Source: Candidatus Latescibacterota bacterium (lineage in GTDB: Bacteria > Latescibacterota > UBA2968). Taken from it: a DNA stretch of 64,000 nt. Positions 37,822-47,712 of this stretch are shown here, in pieces. The position numbers and the translations under genes are program-made. The DNA is taken from positions 6,208,001-6,272,000 of the forward strand of contig OZ241986.1 of the NCBI GenBank assembly GCA_965204375.1. The letters run 5' to 3'. Below the pieces are notes generated by a model, which had not been told where the DNA came from, did no database searches, and saw only the letters and a list, made by a program, of their open reading frames with translations. The number at the start of each line of letters is the position of its first letter. Within the stretch, counting starts at the first letter, position 1.

Positions 37822-38865
37822 ATGAAGCGATATACGCTAATTGGGCTATGCACATTGTGTATATGGCTCATGGCGGGTGAAGGGTTTGCCCAGCCGATCA
37901 GATCACTCGTTTTAGTTTTTCCCAACAATGGCCGCATAGCAGCCTTGGGGGAGGCTGGTGTGGGGTTGATCGGGAGCGGGCAGGCCATTTTTTACAATCC
38001 CGCAGGGCTGGCTTTTATGGAGGGTCGAGAAGCGTATTTTACGTATGTAAATTGGTTTAGTGGTATCAAGAACTATGTGGCTGGTGTTTCAGCAAATGTA
38101 CCGCGTATAGGGACATTTGGGTTTTCTGCTGTGAATTTCGATAACACGAATGATAATGAGAGCGAATATGCCATTTCTGGGGCTTATGCGTTCAATATTA
38201 CCCGCCGGATTGCAGCAGGAGCCACTGTCAAGCTGGCGCATCACGACTATTCCAGAGCAAGCATGCTATATCGCGAAAATGATATTTTTCATGAATTTCA
38301 AGATGGTCGTTTTCATGAATATCCAGACTCAACTCAGAAATATGTTCACAATTTTTTTCTTTTTGATGTGGGTGCGTATTCCGTGGGGTTCCAAAATTTG
38401 GTGCTGTCGCTGAGCGTGCATAATTTGAGCGCGAGGGGATTAGGCAAGCCAGAGGCATTGGAGCTATCGGAGATTATCCGCCTGGGATTGCTCATCGATT
38501 TGATGTCACTGATGGATATGAGGTCCTTGCCGCATGCGCTGGACCTGGTCATGGGTGTGAATACACGGACCAATTTCGATGGGCCTGTTGAACTGAACAT
38601 GGGCGTCGAATATACGTATTTGTACCGGGCTGCGGACCACTCTTTCGGCGTCTCGCTGCGGGCAGGACGAAGGTCCCAAAGATACTGGCGAGCGACAAAT
38701 CCCACCGTCTGGGGAGGTGGCTTGCAGTTTAAGACCAACGGAGGTTGGGCACTAAAGATGGATTACGCACGTAAGTCCTTCTATTATCGTAGCGAAGTTC
38801 CTGGAAGATTTATTTACACGGTTAATTCTAAAGTACATATTCTCAGCCTTGCTTTTAATTTTTAG
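37822..38865 (+). CDS. PorV/PorQ-like outer-membrane beta-barrel
   Basis: GRIAALGEAGV...AIFYNPAGLA; terminal HILSLAFNF. Confidence 0.8.
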   Translation: MKRYTLIGLCTLCIWLMAGEGFAQPIRSLVLVFPNNGRIAALGEAGVGLIGSGQAIFYNPAGLAFMEGREAYFTYVNWFSGIKNYVAGVSANVPRIGTFGFSAVNFDNTNDNESEYAISGAYAFNITRRIAAGATVKLAHHDYSRASMLYRENDIFHEFQDGRFHEYPDSTQKYVHNFFLFDVGAYSVGFQNLVLSLSVHNLSARGLGKPEALELSEIIRLGLLIDLMSLMDMRSLPHALDLVMGVNTRTNFDGPVELNMGVEYTYLYRAADHSFGVSLRAGRRSQRYWRATNPTVWGGGLQFKTNGGWALKMDYARKSFYYRSEVPGRFIYTVNSKVHILSLAFNF

Positions 38866-38897
38866 AGTGATGTTCACTGATCCGAAAAGGGGAACTT

Positions 38898-39974
38898 ATG
38901 GTACGAATAGCAGCAATCGTTTGGATGTTAAGCTTCTGTATGCCAGAAACCGTACTGGCAGGAGCGGTCTTTGAGGCTGGTGAGATTGATAGCAGCACGG
39001 TTAAACCCGGTGCCTATGTCGAGATTATCTATGGGAGTGGGGAGCGAGATCCAGTGTCAGGAGCGTGGGAGAGACTGGATACTGCAAGGGGGTATATTCA
39101 AGCTATTGATGCAGAGCGGTTGGTCCTTGGTGAGCGGTTTTGGAAGAAGGAAATAGAGTTAGAATGCATCCAAAAGTTGACGATTCCAGACACTGATGGC
39201 GAAATGGGTGACATTAGTGGGATCGGCTCGCCTTTTGGATCACGGACATTGCAGGCGGAGATCGTTTTAGAAGCCGGTGAGATTGATAGCAGTGCGGTTG
39301 AAGTCGGTGATTTTGTCGAGGTTATCTATGGGAAGGGAGAGCGAGATCCAGTGTCAGGAGCGTGGGAGAGACTGGATACTGCGAAAGGATATGTCAAAGC
39401 TGTTGATGCGGAGTATATGATCATTGGCGAGCGATTTTTGGAGGATCAGATCGCATTGGAGCGCATTCAAAAGCTGATTATTTCAGACTTCGCTCGCGAG
39501 TTGGATAGGTCGGGGGATGAGATTGGCGGCACTGTTGCGACAGCGTATCGAAACGTTTGGCCCTTTTTGGGTATTGCGCCTGGTACGGTCATTTTGGTTG
39601 GGGAAAATTTTAGTATTAGTTTTGTTCACGTTTTTACCGGGTTTGAGCTTGGAACTGGGCAATTTAGCGCGAGTATAGAGGCAGGGTATGGCTCACCAAT
39701 TGAAGCATTGCAGTGGGGCGTTGGTGTTTTTTCGGTGAATGGAAATTTTCATCTTGTTAAAAAACATCGTCTGAATACTGGCGTTCCTTTTTTGTCAGTT
39801 GGCTATACGGCTTTGGTGAGGGAGGGAAGCACGAGTTTATTCAATGTCGGGGCGGGTATAACCTGGTGGTCTCATAAAGGCAGAAGTCTGCGTCTGGAAG
39901 TGCGAGATCATATTACCTGGTCAGGTGGAGAAGGCGCACATGCTCTGGAATTCAGGATCAGTGCTGTTCGGTAA
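38898..39974 (+). CDS. Two tandem Sm-like modules fused to an OmpA-like beta-barrel
   Basis: Internal repeat with 297-bp offset; C-terminal amphipathic strands (PFLSVGY, FNVGAGI, LRLEVRDH). Confidence 0.7.
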   Translation: MVRIAAIVWMLSFCMPETVLAGAVFEAGEIDSSTVKPGAYVEIIYGSGERDPVSGAWERLDTARGYIQAIDAERLVLGERFWKKEIELECIQKLTIPDTDGEMGDISGIGSPFGSRTLQAEIVLEAGEIDSSAVEVGDFVEVIYGKGERDPVSGAWERLDTAKGYVKAVDAEYMIIGERFLEDQIALERIQKLIISDFARELDRSGDEIGGTVATAYRNVWPFLGIAPGTVILVGENFSISFVHVFTGFELGTGQFSASIEAGYGSPIEALQWGVGVFSVNGNFHLVKKHRLNTGVPFLSVGYTALVREGSTSLFNVGAGITWWSHKGRSLRLEVRDHITWSGGEGAHALEFRISAVR

Positions 39975-39996
39975 TCATCTGATATATGGAAAGGTA

Positions 39997-40887
39997 ATGA
40001 CCATGAGAAGATATGCGCTAATTGGGTTATGCATACTCATTGGGTTGATGGCGGATGAAGGGTTTGCCCAGGGGCTGAATGCCCGAAAAACAGCTTTGGC
40101 TGGTGCGGGCATAGGCTTGATTGGGAGCGGGCAGGCCATTCAGTACAATCCAGCAGGATTGGCCTTTATGGATGGTTGGGAGGCATATTTCATGTTTATG
40201 GATAGAAATACAAGTTATAGCGGGTATGATGGTGAAAGGGCATACAAAGCTGGTATTGCTGGAAACACAGGCATAGGGACTTTTGGACTTTCCGCCACTT
40301 CGGGTCGTATTAGGGCTGATGATGTGAACGAATATTCCATTTCAGGTGGCTATGGGTACAAGATTAACAACCGGCTTGCTGTGGGGGCCACCCTCCGTCT
40401 CTTCCATTCTGAATGGCTCGAGACCAACGACTTAGACCTTGATCTGGGTGCATATTTCGTGACCGGGCTGCGGAATACAGTTGTTGCAGCAGGTGTGGAG
40501 AATTTGAAGACTGGGATAGGTAATTCAAATCGTGTTAGGCTCCGTGCTGGGTTGTTCCTTGACATGATGTCGCTACTGGATTTGGAGTCTTTGTTACACT
40601 ATTTGGACCTTTCTGTAGATGTGAACGATTATATCAATGTTGACGGAGATCCTTGGGCGAATCTGGGCATTGAATATCAGCACAGATACTTGCTATCAGG
40701 CTATGCGTTAGAAATCGCATTGTGTGGAGGAATGCAATCGATATATGGCCGTGGCTCGGCTAAGACAACCTGGGGCGGTGGACTGAAGTTTGAGACAGAA
40801 GGTGGCCGTGGCATCAAGGTAGATTACGCGTCTTTTGGTTCCGAAATTTACCCTGGCCACATTGTCAGCATGGCATTCATATTTTAG
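39997..40887 (+). CDS. PorV/PorQ-like outer-membrane beta-barrel
   Basis: Close paralog of 22776-23639; AIQYNPAGLA; ends HIVSMAFIF. Confidence 0.75.
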   Translation: MTMRRYALIGLCILIGLMADEGFAQGLNARKTALAGAGIGLIGSGQAIQYNPAGLAFMDGWEAYFMFMDRNTSYSGYDGERAYKAGIAGNTGIGTFGLSATSGRIRADDVNEYSISGGYGYKINNRLAVGATLRLFHSEWLETNDLDLDLGAYFVTGLRNTVVAAGVENLKTGIGNSNRVRLRAGLFLDMMSLLDLESLLHYLDLSVDVNDYINVDGDPWANLGIEYQHRYLLSGYALEIALCGGMQSIYGRGSAKTTWGGGLKFETEGGRGIKVDYASFGSEIYPGHIVSMAFIF

Positions 40888-40979
40888 GTCAAAATTCCAA
40901 GCTCAGCCGCCCTTGGAAAGGTCCTTTGACAAGCTCGGGCAATGGTTCGGTTATATACCTGCACACCAAGGAGAGATCG

Positions 40980-42173
40980 ATGCAAATAGTCACTATGGTT
41001 ATGATAATGGCAATTCTGTTCAGCGCGGTGGCTCCCACGCTCGCATACGCAGCCATATACTTGCAAGGCACAGAGGTCAATGCCAATACGTTGGTCCAAG
41101 ATGCTTATGTGCGAGTCACTTATTACGATAGCAATGCAGAACAGAAATTGGCGAAGGGATGGATTGATACTATTGGTGAAACTTCGTTCACAATCCGAGA
41201 AGGAGGATTCAGGGGTAAGAAGACCATTGCCTACGACCAAGTTGTGTCAGTGATCATGAGTGACGAATCAACAGCACCTGTAAAGCAGATGAATGAGGTG
41301 AATCGGTTTATTCGAGAGATGAAGAATAGAGAGATAGAGCAGACGAAAAAAGAGAAAGAAGCAAAGGAAGAGCAGATAAAAAGAGAGGCTGAACAGGCTG
41401 CCATTCAACGGCTCAAACAGCGTCTAAAAGACAAGGTCGTTATGATTGGGCAATTCGACTTATCGAAGAGGGAATGGTATGCCCATGTGGTCTATACTTC
41501 TAAAGAAGGATATAAAAGAACAGCAATCGGACAGATTATCAAGCAAGACACGGATCATATCGTGATCAGAGTGCAGGAGAGAGGAGGATTGAAAATTAAG
41601 AAAACAATAGCATACACTGACATCGATACGCTCGTTGTCGCCAAACAGTGGTCAGATATCGAGAGGTATCGAGAAAGCGGTGTGCAATACAATGCCAAAG
41701 TGCGTTTCAAAGCCCCTTTAGTTTCAGAAAGGCGGATGACTGGCAGGCTTATAGCAGTTAAGCAAGATACTCTCGTTATTGAGGGTCCCTTGCGACCTTT
41801 TATACCTGGACGCCGACAACGACTGGTCAAAATGACGCATTACGTCCCTCTTTCATCAATCTCGAATCTCGAAGTTAGCATCGGACAGCAGAGAGAAGTC
41901 ACTAAAGGTCTGTTAATGGGGGTCGGACTTGGAATTGTTGTCTATGTAACTCAATCTCCTGAACCCTGCCCTGATCCTCCCGACTGTACTTTCGCAGGCT
42001 TAGAAGAATTAGGTGCATGGATCCTTGCAGGAGGAACTTGTATGATTTTTACTCTGATTGGTGCTCAAATAAAATCTGAAAAATGGGTTGAGGTTCCACC
42101 GCAACATCTCAACTTGAGTTTTGCGCCTACATCTTCAAAAGGGCTTCGCGCTGCACTCACGTTTAACTTCTAA
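40980..42173 (+). CDS. Family X member 6
   Basis: Conserved N-module and tail; Cys-pair loop CPDPPDC in the hairpin. Confidence 0.85.
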   Translation: MQIVTMVMIMAILFSAVAPTLAYAAIYLQGTEVNANTLVQDAYVRVTYYDSNAEQKLAKGWIDTIGETSFTIREGGFRGKKTIAYDQVVSVIMSDESTAPVKQMNEVNRFIREMKNREIEQTKKEKEAKEEQIKREAEQAAIQRLKQRLKDKVVMIGQFDLSKREWYAHVVYTSKEGYKRTAIGQIIKQDTDHIVIRVQERGGLKIKKTIAYTDIDTLVVAKQWSDIERYRESGVQYNAKVRFKAPLVSERRMTGRLIAVKQDTLVIEGPLRPFIPGRRQRLVKMTHYVPLSSISNLEVSIGQQREVTKGLLMGVGLGIVVYVTQSPEPCPDPPDCTFAGLEELGAWILAGGTCMIFTLIGAQIKSEKWVEVPPQHLNLSFAPTSSKGLRAALTFNF

Positions 42174-42302
42174 TGTCAGGGTCTGTTCTACAGAATATGC
42201 GGTTGGGGATGCTCATTGATGTGATTGCGCTCGGTCACACATGTAAGACCGCGCTTGTATGTGGCGTTTTCGAAATGGTCGGAGAAAGGATGAGGTGATG
42301 TC

Positions 42303-45065
42303 ATGAGAATAGAATGCAGGATACTCAGGATAAGCGCGTGTTTGTTTGCCTTGCTTTGTCTATCGTCTGTTGGAGATGCTTCGCCGCCATCTGCTGGGGA
42401 CAATGTGCATTTTTGCCGCGTTCTCGATTACGAAGACATGCGGGAGCGCGATAGCATTTATGCTGCTACGAAGCACGCGCCTAATCTGAACGTTGGCGAA
42501 CCCCGCACGGTGCGAATGATTTACTTTTTGCCGAATGACCGTCCCTTTCGCCAGGAAGTGGTGGATTCGATGAAAGTGACGATTCGCCAGATTCAGACGT
42601 TTTATGCGGAACAGATGCAGGCGCATGGACATGGGAACAAGACCTTTCGCTTTGAAACCGATGCTCAGGACGAACCAATAGTTCATCGCGTGGATGGACA
42701 AAATCCTACTAATCATTATTCCAATCATACGCCTGTTTTGAGGTACGAGGTTGCACAGAAATTTGATCTCTCAGCGAACATTTACTTCCTTGTCATTGAC
42801 AATGGTACAAATACAGTTGATTTATTAGGCTTTCAAGTGGGAGGGATAGCAATCACACACGGGAATAGTAGAGTTGCGTTGATTCCTGGCGATTTTTTTT
42901 GGACAACAGCAGCACATGAACTTGGACATACCTTCGGATTGGGTCATGACTTCAACGATGATGCATACATCATGTCGTACGGTCCAGGACAAGATCGGTT
43001 ATCTGAGTGTAGTGCTGGGTTTTTAGCAGTGCATCCCTACTTTAATCCGGATGTTGAAACGATAGATACACAGCCGACAATAATCAAACTCATTTCATCG
43101 CAGGACTATCCAGCAGACTCAAAGAGTGTCTTGATCCAACTCAAAGTCAGCGATTCAGATGGGATTCATCAAGTGTTCCTATTTCTTGAAGACGAAGTGA
43201 AGGCGTGTCGTAGATTGCATGGAGAAAAAGATGCTGTCGTTGAATTCGATTATGACGGCGTTTTTCCCTCTGATAACAGCACGAGTCTTTCCGATCCTAA
43301 TATACATCCGATTGATGTGAAGGTTGTTGATACTTTTGGGAATGAGAACTCTCTTCATTTTCTGTTGCGGAACATTTCGGCACCGGGTAAGATCATCGCC
43401 AAGTTTGATGCACATACGAATAATCATGTTACTTCAGTATCATTTTCGCCCGATAGCAAAATACTTATATCAGGGTCATTCGATGGTACGATTAAACTGT
43501 GGGACGTTGCGATACGACGACCTATCACCACTCTACGTACCGGTTCTGTCTTCTCTTTAGCATTGTCGCCTGATGGCACGATGATCGCTATTGGGTCTAA
43601 TCATAGGGTTGACCTATGGGATATTGCGACAGAAAAAAATATTACCCCTCTTGAGTGGTCTATACTTCACTACGTCCATTCTGTAGCGTTTTCACCTGAT
43701 GGCACGATGGTCGCTGCGGGGGCGGGACATGACTCGGGAGGAGGGGGCACAGTTAGACTGTGGGATGTTGCAACAGGAGAAAATATCGCCAATCTTGAGG
43801 GGGATATGAGTTATGTCTGGTCTGTGACATTTTCGCCAGATGGTACCACACTCGCTATCGGGTCAGAGCAGGGAATTATACTGTGGGACATTTCGACGAA
43901 AAATTTTGACACTCTTACGGGATATACAAGAAGGGTCAATTCTGTAAAGTATTCACCCGATGGCACTATCCTCGCGTTAGGGACAGGGGGTGACTACGAG
44001 ACCGCAGCATCTTTTTTGGGGGGCAGAATCTATGTGTGGGAGGTTCCGTCTTGGAGCACTATTGCCACTCTTGAGGGACATTTCGCAGGTGCCTTGTCTG
44101 TAGCATTTTCGCCAGACGGAATGATTCTTGCCTCGGGAGCATTAGATCACACGGTCAGATTGTGGGACGTTGCTACGGGAATAAATATCGCTACCTTTGA
44201 AGCGCATACGGAGGTGGTCCGTTCTGTGGCATTTTCTCCCGATGGGACGATCCTCGCTTCTGGTGCAGGGGATGGCAAGGTCATGCTTTGGGATATGTCA
44301 GATTATGTCACGCCTGTGGTCTATATGCCCGATGCCAACCTGCATGCGGTGATCCGAGATGCGCTGGGCAAATCGCGTTTTGCGCCTATTACCACGACGG
44401 ATATGGCGAGTTTGACTACTCTGGATGCGAGCAACCGCAATATCCGCGATTTGACCGGGCTTGAGTTTGCAACCAATCTGACCGAATTGAATCTTGTGGA
44501 TAATTGGCTGAGTTCGTTGTCTATTAACACGCATATTCCAGCCTTGCAAGAGAGAGGTGTTGAGGTCTTGTTTGACAAGCCTACGACGCTGGTGAATATC
44601 TCAGATAGTGAACAGGAAGGCGTGCCCGGTGCCGTGTTGGGGATGCCTCTGGTCGTTGAAGTGCGAGATCAGGGGGGGGATGTGCTTGCAGGTTCGCCGG
44701 TCACTTTTGTTGTCACGGAAGGAGATGGGGCGCTCAGTGTAGAAACCACTGTGACCGATTCGAGTGGTCGGGCATCGAGCGTGCTGACGCTTGGTAACAG
44801 TTTGGAGCCAATCACTGTTTCGGTTATGGTTGCGGGAATTGAGCAACCGGTGATCTTTTTGATAGAAGCTATGGCTACACCCGATTTCGATAGGGATGGT
44901 GCTGTTGGTTTTGCCGATTTTTTGCTATTTGTAGCACAGTTCGGGTTCAGTGAGGATGATGAGGGTTATGACGTGTGGTTTGACTTGGATGGTGATGGCA
45001 CGATTGGATTTGGGGATTTTCTGATTTTTGCCAATGCCTTTGGCAAAGCCGTATCGTCGAATTAA
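42303..45065 (+). CDS. Secreted zinc metalloprotease + WD40 + LRR + Ig-like (Big_1) + dockerin/EF-hand-like tail
   Basis: HELGHTFGLGH; WD40 repeats; LRR; PLVVEVRD..VTF.V..TD..G Big_1 pattern; paralog of 25244-27682. Confidence 0.85.
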   Translation: MRIECRILRISACLFALLCLSSVGDASPPSAGDNVHFCRVLDYEDMRERDSIYAATKHAPNLNVGEPRTVRMIYFLPNDRPFRQEVVDSMKVTIRQIQTFYAEQMQAHGHGNKTFRFETDAQDEPIVHRVDGQNPTNHYSNHTPVLRYEVAQKFDLSANIYFLVIDNGTNTVDLLGFQVGGIAITHGNSRVALIPGDFFWTTAAHELGHTFGLGHDFNDDAYIMSYGPGQDRLSECSAGFLAVHPYFNPDVETIDTQPTIIKLISSQDYPADSKSVLIQLKVSDSDGIHQVFLFLEDEVKACRRLHGEKDAVVEFDYDGVFPSDNSTSLSDPNIHPIDVKVVDTFGNENSLHFLLRNISAPGKIIAKFDAHTNNHVTSVSFSPDSKILISGSFDGTIKLWDVAIRRPITTLRTGSVFSLALSPDGTMIAIGSNHRVDLWDIATEKNITPLEWSILHYVHSVAFSPDGTMVAAGAGHDSGGGGTVRLWDVATGENIANLEGDMSYVWSVTFSPDGTTLAIGSEQGIILWDISTKNFDTLTGYTRRVNSVKYSPDGTILALGTGGDYETAASFLGGRIYVWEVPSWSTIATLEGHFAGALSVAFSPDGMILASGALDHTVRLWDVATGINIATFEAHTEVVRSVAFSPDGTILASGAGDGKVMLWDMSDYVTPVVYMPDANLHAVIRDALGKSRFAPITTTDMASLTTLDASNRNIRDLTGLEFATNLTELNLVDNWLSSLSINTHIPALQERGVEVLFDKPTTLVNISDSEQEGVPGAVLGMPLVVEVRDQGGDVLAGSPVTFVVTEGDGALSVETTVTDSSGRASSVLTLGNSLEPITVSVMVAGIEQPVIFLIEAMATPDFDRDGAVGFADFLLFVAQFGFSEDDEGYDVWFDLDGDGTIGFGDFLIFANAFGKAVSSN

Positions 45066-45080
45066 CAGGAGGAGAACGCC

Positions 45081-46163
45081 ATGCACACCGGACACAACAT
45101 CCGTCAAGCCATTGCCATATTTGTAACCACAACGCTCCTGCTAAACGCGATGACTCCAACGCTTGCACACGCAGCCACATATCTGCAAGGTGCAGAGGTC
45201 AATGCCAATACGTTGGTCCAAGATGCCTACGTTGCAGTCACATATTACGATAGCAAAGGCAAACAGAAATTGGAGAAGGGATGGATTGACGCGGTTGGTG
45301 AAACTTCGTTCACAATTCGCAGTGGACATTGGACCAAGAAGACGATTGCTTACAACAAAGTTCTGTCAGTGATCATGAGCGAAGAATCAGCCATACTAAA
45401 GCAGATGAATGACGTGAATCAGTTGATTCGGGATATGGAATTGCCGGAGGTTGTCATCATGTCACGCGAACAGATTGATGCTTCAAAGATTACGAAAGGA
45501 TGGTATGCCCACATTGCCTATACATCAGATAAGAAGAAAAAAAATGCAACTGGAAAGATTACCGATAGAGACTCAGACCGTATTGTAATTCAAAAGAGGG
45601 AAGAATTCTGGAAAAATTGGAAAATAGCATATAATGAGATGGATACACTCGCTGTTGCGAAACATCAACGGGATATTGAAGGATGGATGTTTATGCGATT
45701 GCTCCAGGAGGGAAATGCCAAAGTGCGTGTCCGTGTCCCTTCGATTAAAAAGAAATGGATGGTTGGCAAGGTCGTAAAAATGACGCAAGACACACTCGTT
45801 ATCCTACGAGGTCGTAGCTTTTATCAGGTGTCCCGTTCTTCAATCTCCAACCTTGAAGTCAACATTGGACAGTATAGAAACACAGAAAAAGGAGCGGCAA
45901 TTGGACTTGGAATTGGAGTTGGCATTCTTGCCCTATCTGCTTGGGATGTACATAAAGCCGACGACGAAAGTAGAGGGTGGGCTGAACTTGAACTTATTTT
46001 GGTCGCTGTACCTGCTGCTGTTCTCACCACTTTAACTGGTACGATAATTGGCGCAATGGACAAATCCGACAAATGGGTCAAGGTGTCGCCTCAGAGTCTC
46101 AACCTGAGCGTTGCACCCACATCGGGTAACGGGCTTCGCGCCGCGCTCACGTTTAATTTTTGA
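45081..46163 (+). CDS. Family X member 7
   Basis: Conserved N-module; ends SLNLSVAPTSGNGLRAALTFNF. Confidence 0.85.
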   Translation: MHTGHNIRQAIAIFVTTTLLLNAMTPTLAHAATYLQGAEVNANTLVQDAYVAVTYYDSKGKQKLEKGWIDAVGETSFTIRSGHWTKKTIAYNKVLSVIMSEESAILKQMNDVNQLIRDMELPEVVIMSREQIDASKITKGWYAHIAYTSDKKKKNATGKITDRDSDRIVIQKREEFWKNWKIAYNEMDTLAVAKHQRDIEGWMFMRLLQEGNAKVRVRVPSIKKKWMVGKVVKMTQDTLVILRGRSFYQVSRSSISNLEVNIGQYRNTEKGAAIGLGIGVGILALSAWDVHKADDESRGWAELELILVAVPAAVLTTLTGTIIGAMDKSDKWVKVSPQSLNLSVAPTSGNGLRAALTFNF

Positions 46164-46944
46164 CGTCAGCGTTTTTTTTCGATCCCAAAGCCAATACTCG
46201 AAATCCATATCGCTGAAAGACCGCAGCCGCTGTGTCTGATTGAAAGAAGTGCATGGCGGCTTCTGCTGTTGGTGTGTGTCGTTCTTTTACGATGGCGATT
46301 GGATAGACAATGGGCGTGTGCAATAGGGAATCGGGCAGTGTGGCGATTACTTCGATGCCATTGCTGATTGTCGCGTCTGTGGTATAGACAATGCCGGCTG
46401 CACATTCTCCGCGGGCGACCAGCGCGAGTGCGCCGCGCACGTCCATTGTCGGGGCGATGCGGTTTTTGAGCAATGCCCACCAGCCCAATTTTTTCAGGAC
46501 TTCTACGGCGTAGGTGCCCGCAGGTACATGAGACGGGTCGCCCAGGGCCAATTGTCCATTGAATGCGCTGGAGAAGTCAAAGTCAGCGTGGGGTTCGATT
46601 TCGAATTTTTCATTTTTGGGGGAGATAATTACGAGGGCGTTGCCCAGCAGGTTGATTCGGGTATTGGGTTCGAGCAATTTTTCCGTTGCCAAAAAATCCA
46701 TCCATTTTACATTAGCGGAGAAATATATATCCGCAGGCGCACCCAGGGCTATCTGTTTGGCGAGGATCGAAGAACCGGCAAAAGACATTCGCAAGGATAT
46801 GCCCTGTTTTTCTGCGGTTTTGGAGAGGTCTTGCAGAGCACTCGTCAAGCTGGCTGCAGCATATACGGTTACGGGTTCGGCAAGGGCTATTCCGCGCGTT
46901 GAGAGGCAGGTTGTGATGAAGATGTAGATGAATAGTTTTTTCAT
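46153..46944 (-). CDS. modA: Molybdate ABC transporter substrate-binding protein
   Basis: VYAAASL, FAGSS.LAKQI..GAPAD.Y.SAN, DP.HVPAG.YA, DVR.AL, GIVY.TDA. Confidence 0.92.
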   Translation of the reverse strand: MKKLFIYIFITTCLSTRGIALAEPVTVYAAASLTSALQDLSKTAEKQGISLRMSFAGSSILAKQIALGAPADIYFSANVKWMDFLATEKLLEPNTRINLLGNALVIISPKNEKFEIEPHADFDFSSAFNGQLALGDPSHVPAGTYAVEVLKKLGWWALLKNRIAPTMDVRGALALVARGECAAGIVYTTDATISNGIEVIATLPDSLLHTPIVYPIAIVKERHTPTAEAAMHFFQSDTAAAVFQRYGFRVLALGSKKNADVKN

Positions 46945-46962
46945 GGGATGGAGGAGAATAGT

Positions 46963-47616
46963 ATGAGCGATTTTTGGGTTCAAGATGGCGAGACGATGTT
47001 GTTGATTGGCGATAGTATTACGGATTGTGGCCGGCGGGCGGCTGAGGCACCGCTGGGCAATGGGTATGTGCGGGCGTTTACAGAGATTGTGACGGCGCAG
47101 TTTCCCGAGCGAAATATTACTTATATCAATAAGGGGATTGGCGGCAATCGCGTGACGCATTTGCACGAGCGCTGGCGAGAAGATGTGATTGATCACGCGC
47201 CGGATAAGTTGTCGATTAAGATCGGGATTAATGATTTGCACAGCCTTTTGCGACAGGCGGAGGATGCGGTTCCGCCCGCGCGATTTGAAGCGTTGTACGA
47301 TGCGATTTTGGATACGACACAACGGGAGATTGGATGTCCTGTTGTGCTGATTACGCCGTTTTATATTTCGACGGATACATCCGGACAGACGTTTCAGAGC
47401 GAGGTTATGGCGTTGATTCCAGAGTATATCGGCATTGTAGAGAAGATGAGTAAAAAATATGGGACAAAGCTGTTGCGTTTGCACGATCTTTTCCAGGCGC
47501 ATTTGAAATATAGAGGTTCAGAAACTTTTTGTCCAGAGCCTGTGCATCCCAATCGGACAGGGCACTTTATTATTGCAGATGCGTTGTTTAAGATGCTGTG
47601 TGAAAGACAAGTGTGA
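46963..47616 (+). CDS. SGNH/GDSL hydrolase
   Basis: IGDSITD, N.GIGG, GIND, EPVHPN. Confidence 0.9.
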   Translation: MSDFWVQDGETMLLIGDSITDCGRRAAEAPLGNGYVRAFTEIVTAQFPERNITYINKGIGGNRVTHLHERWREDVIDHAPDKLSIKIGINDLHSLLRQAEDAVPPARFEALYDAILDTTQREIGCPVVLITPFYISTDTSGQTFQSEVMALIPEYIGIVEKMSKKYGTKLLRLHDLFQAHLKYRGSETFCPEPVHPNRTGHFIIADALFKMLCERQV

Positions 47617-47712
47617 AGTGAGAAGTAAGAAGTGAGAAATGAAAGGCATCCCCTCTCTCCTCTTACGTCTTACCTTTTACCTTTTCAGCTTTCTTCAATT
47701 GGAGGCATATCA

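Noticed and set aside
21545-46163. Integron cassette array suggested by the repeated gene ends (aaagggcttcgcgccgcgctcacgtttaattttt)
   Set aside because: The repeat is protein-coding, lacks attC R''/R' palindromic structure, and no tyrosine integrase is in the window.
21545-46163. Diversity-generating retroelement as the source of variation
   Set aside because: No reverse transcriptase is present, and I saw no template/variable repeat pair differing only at adenines.
46945-47502. N-terminal extension of the 449-aa ORF containing modA
   Set aside because: It overlaps the SGNH gene antisense; the signal peptide begins at 46944.
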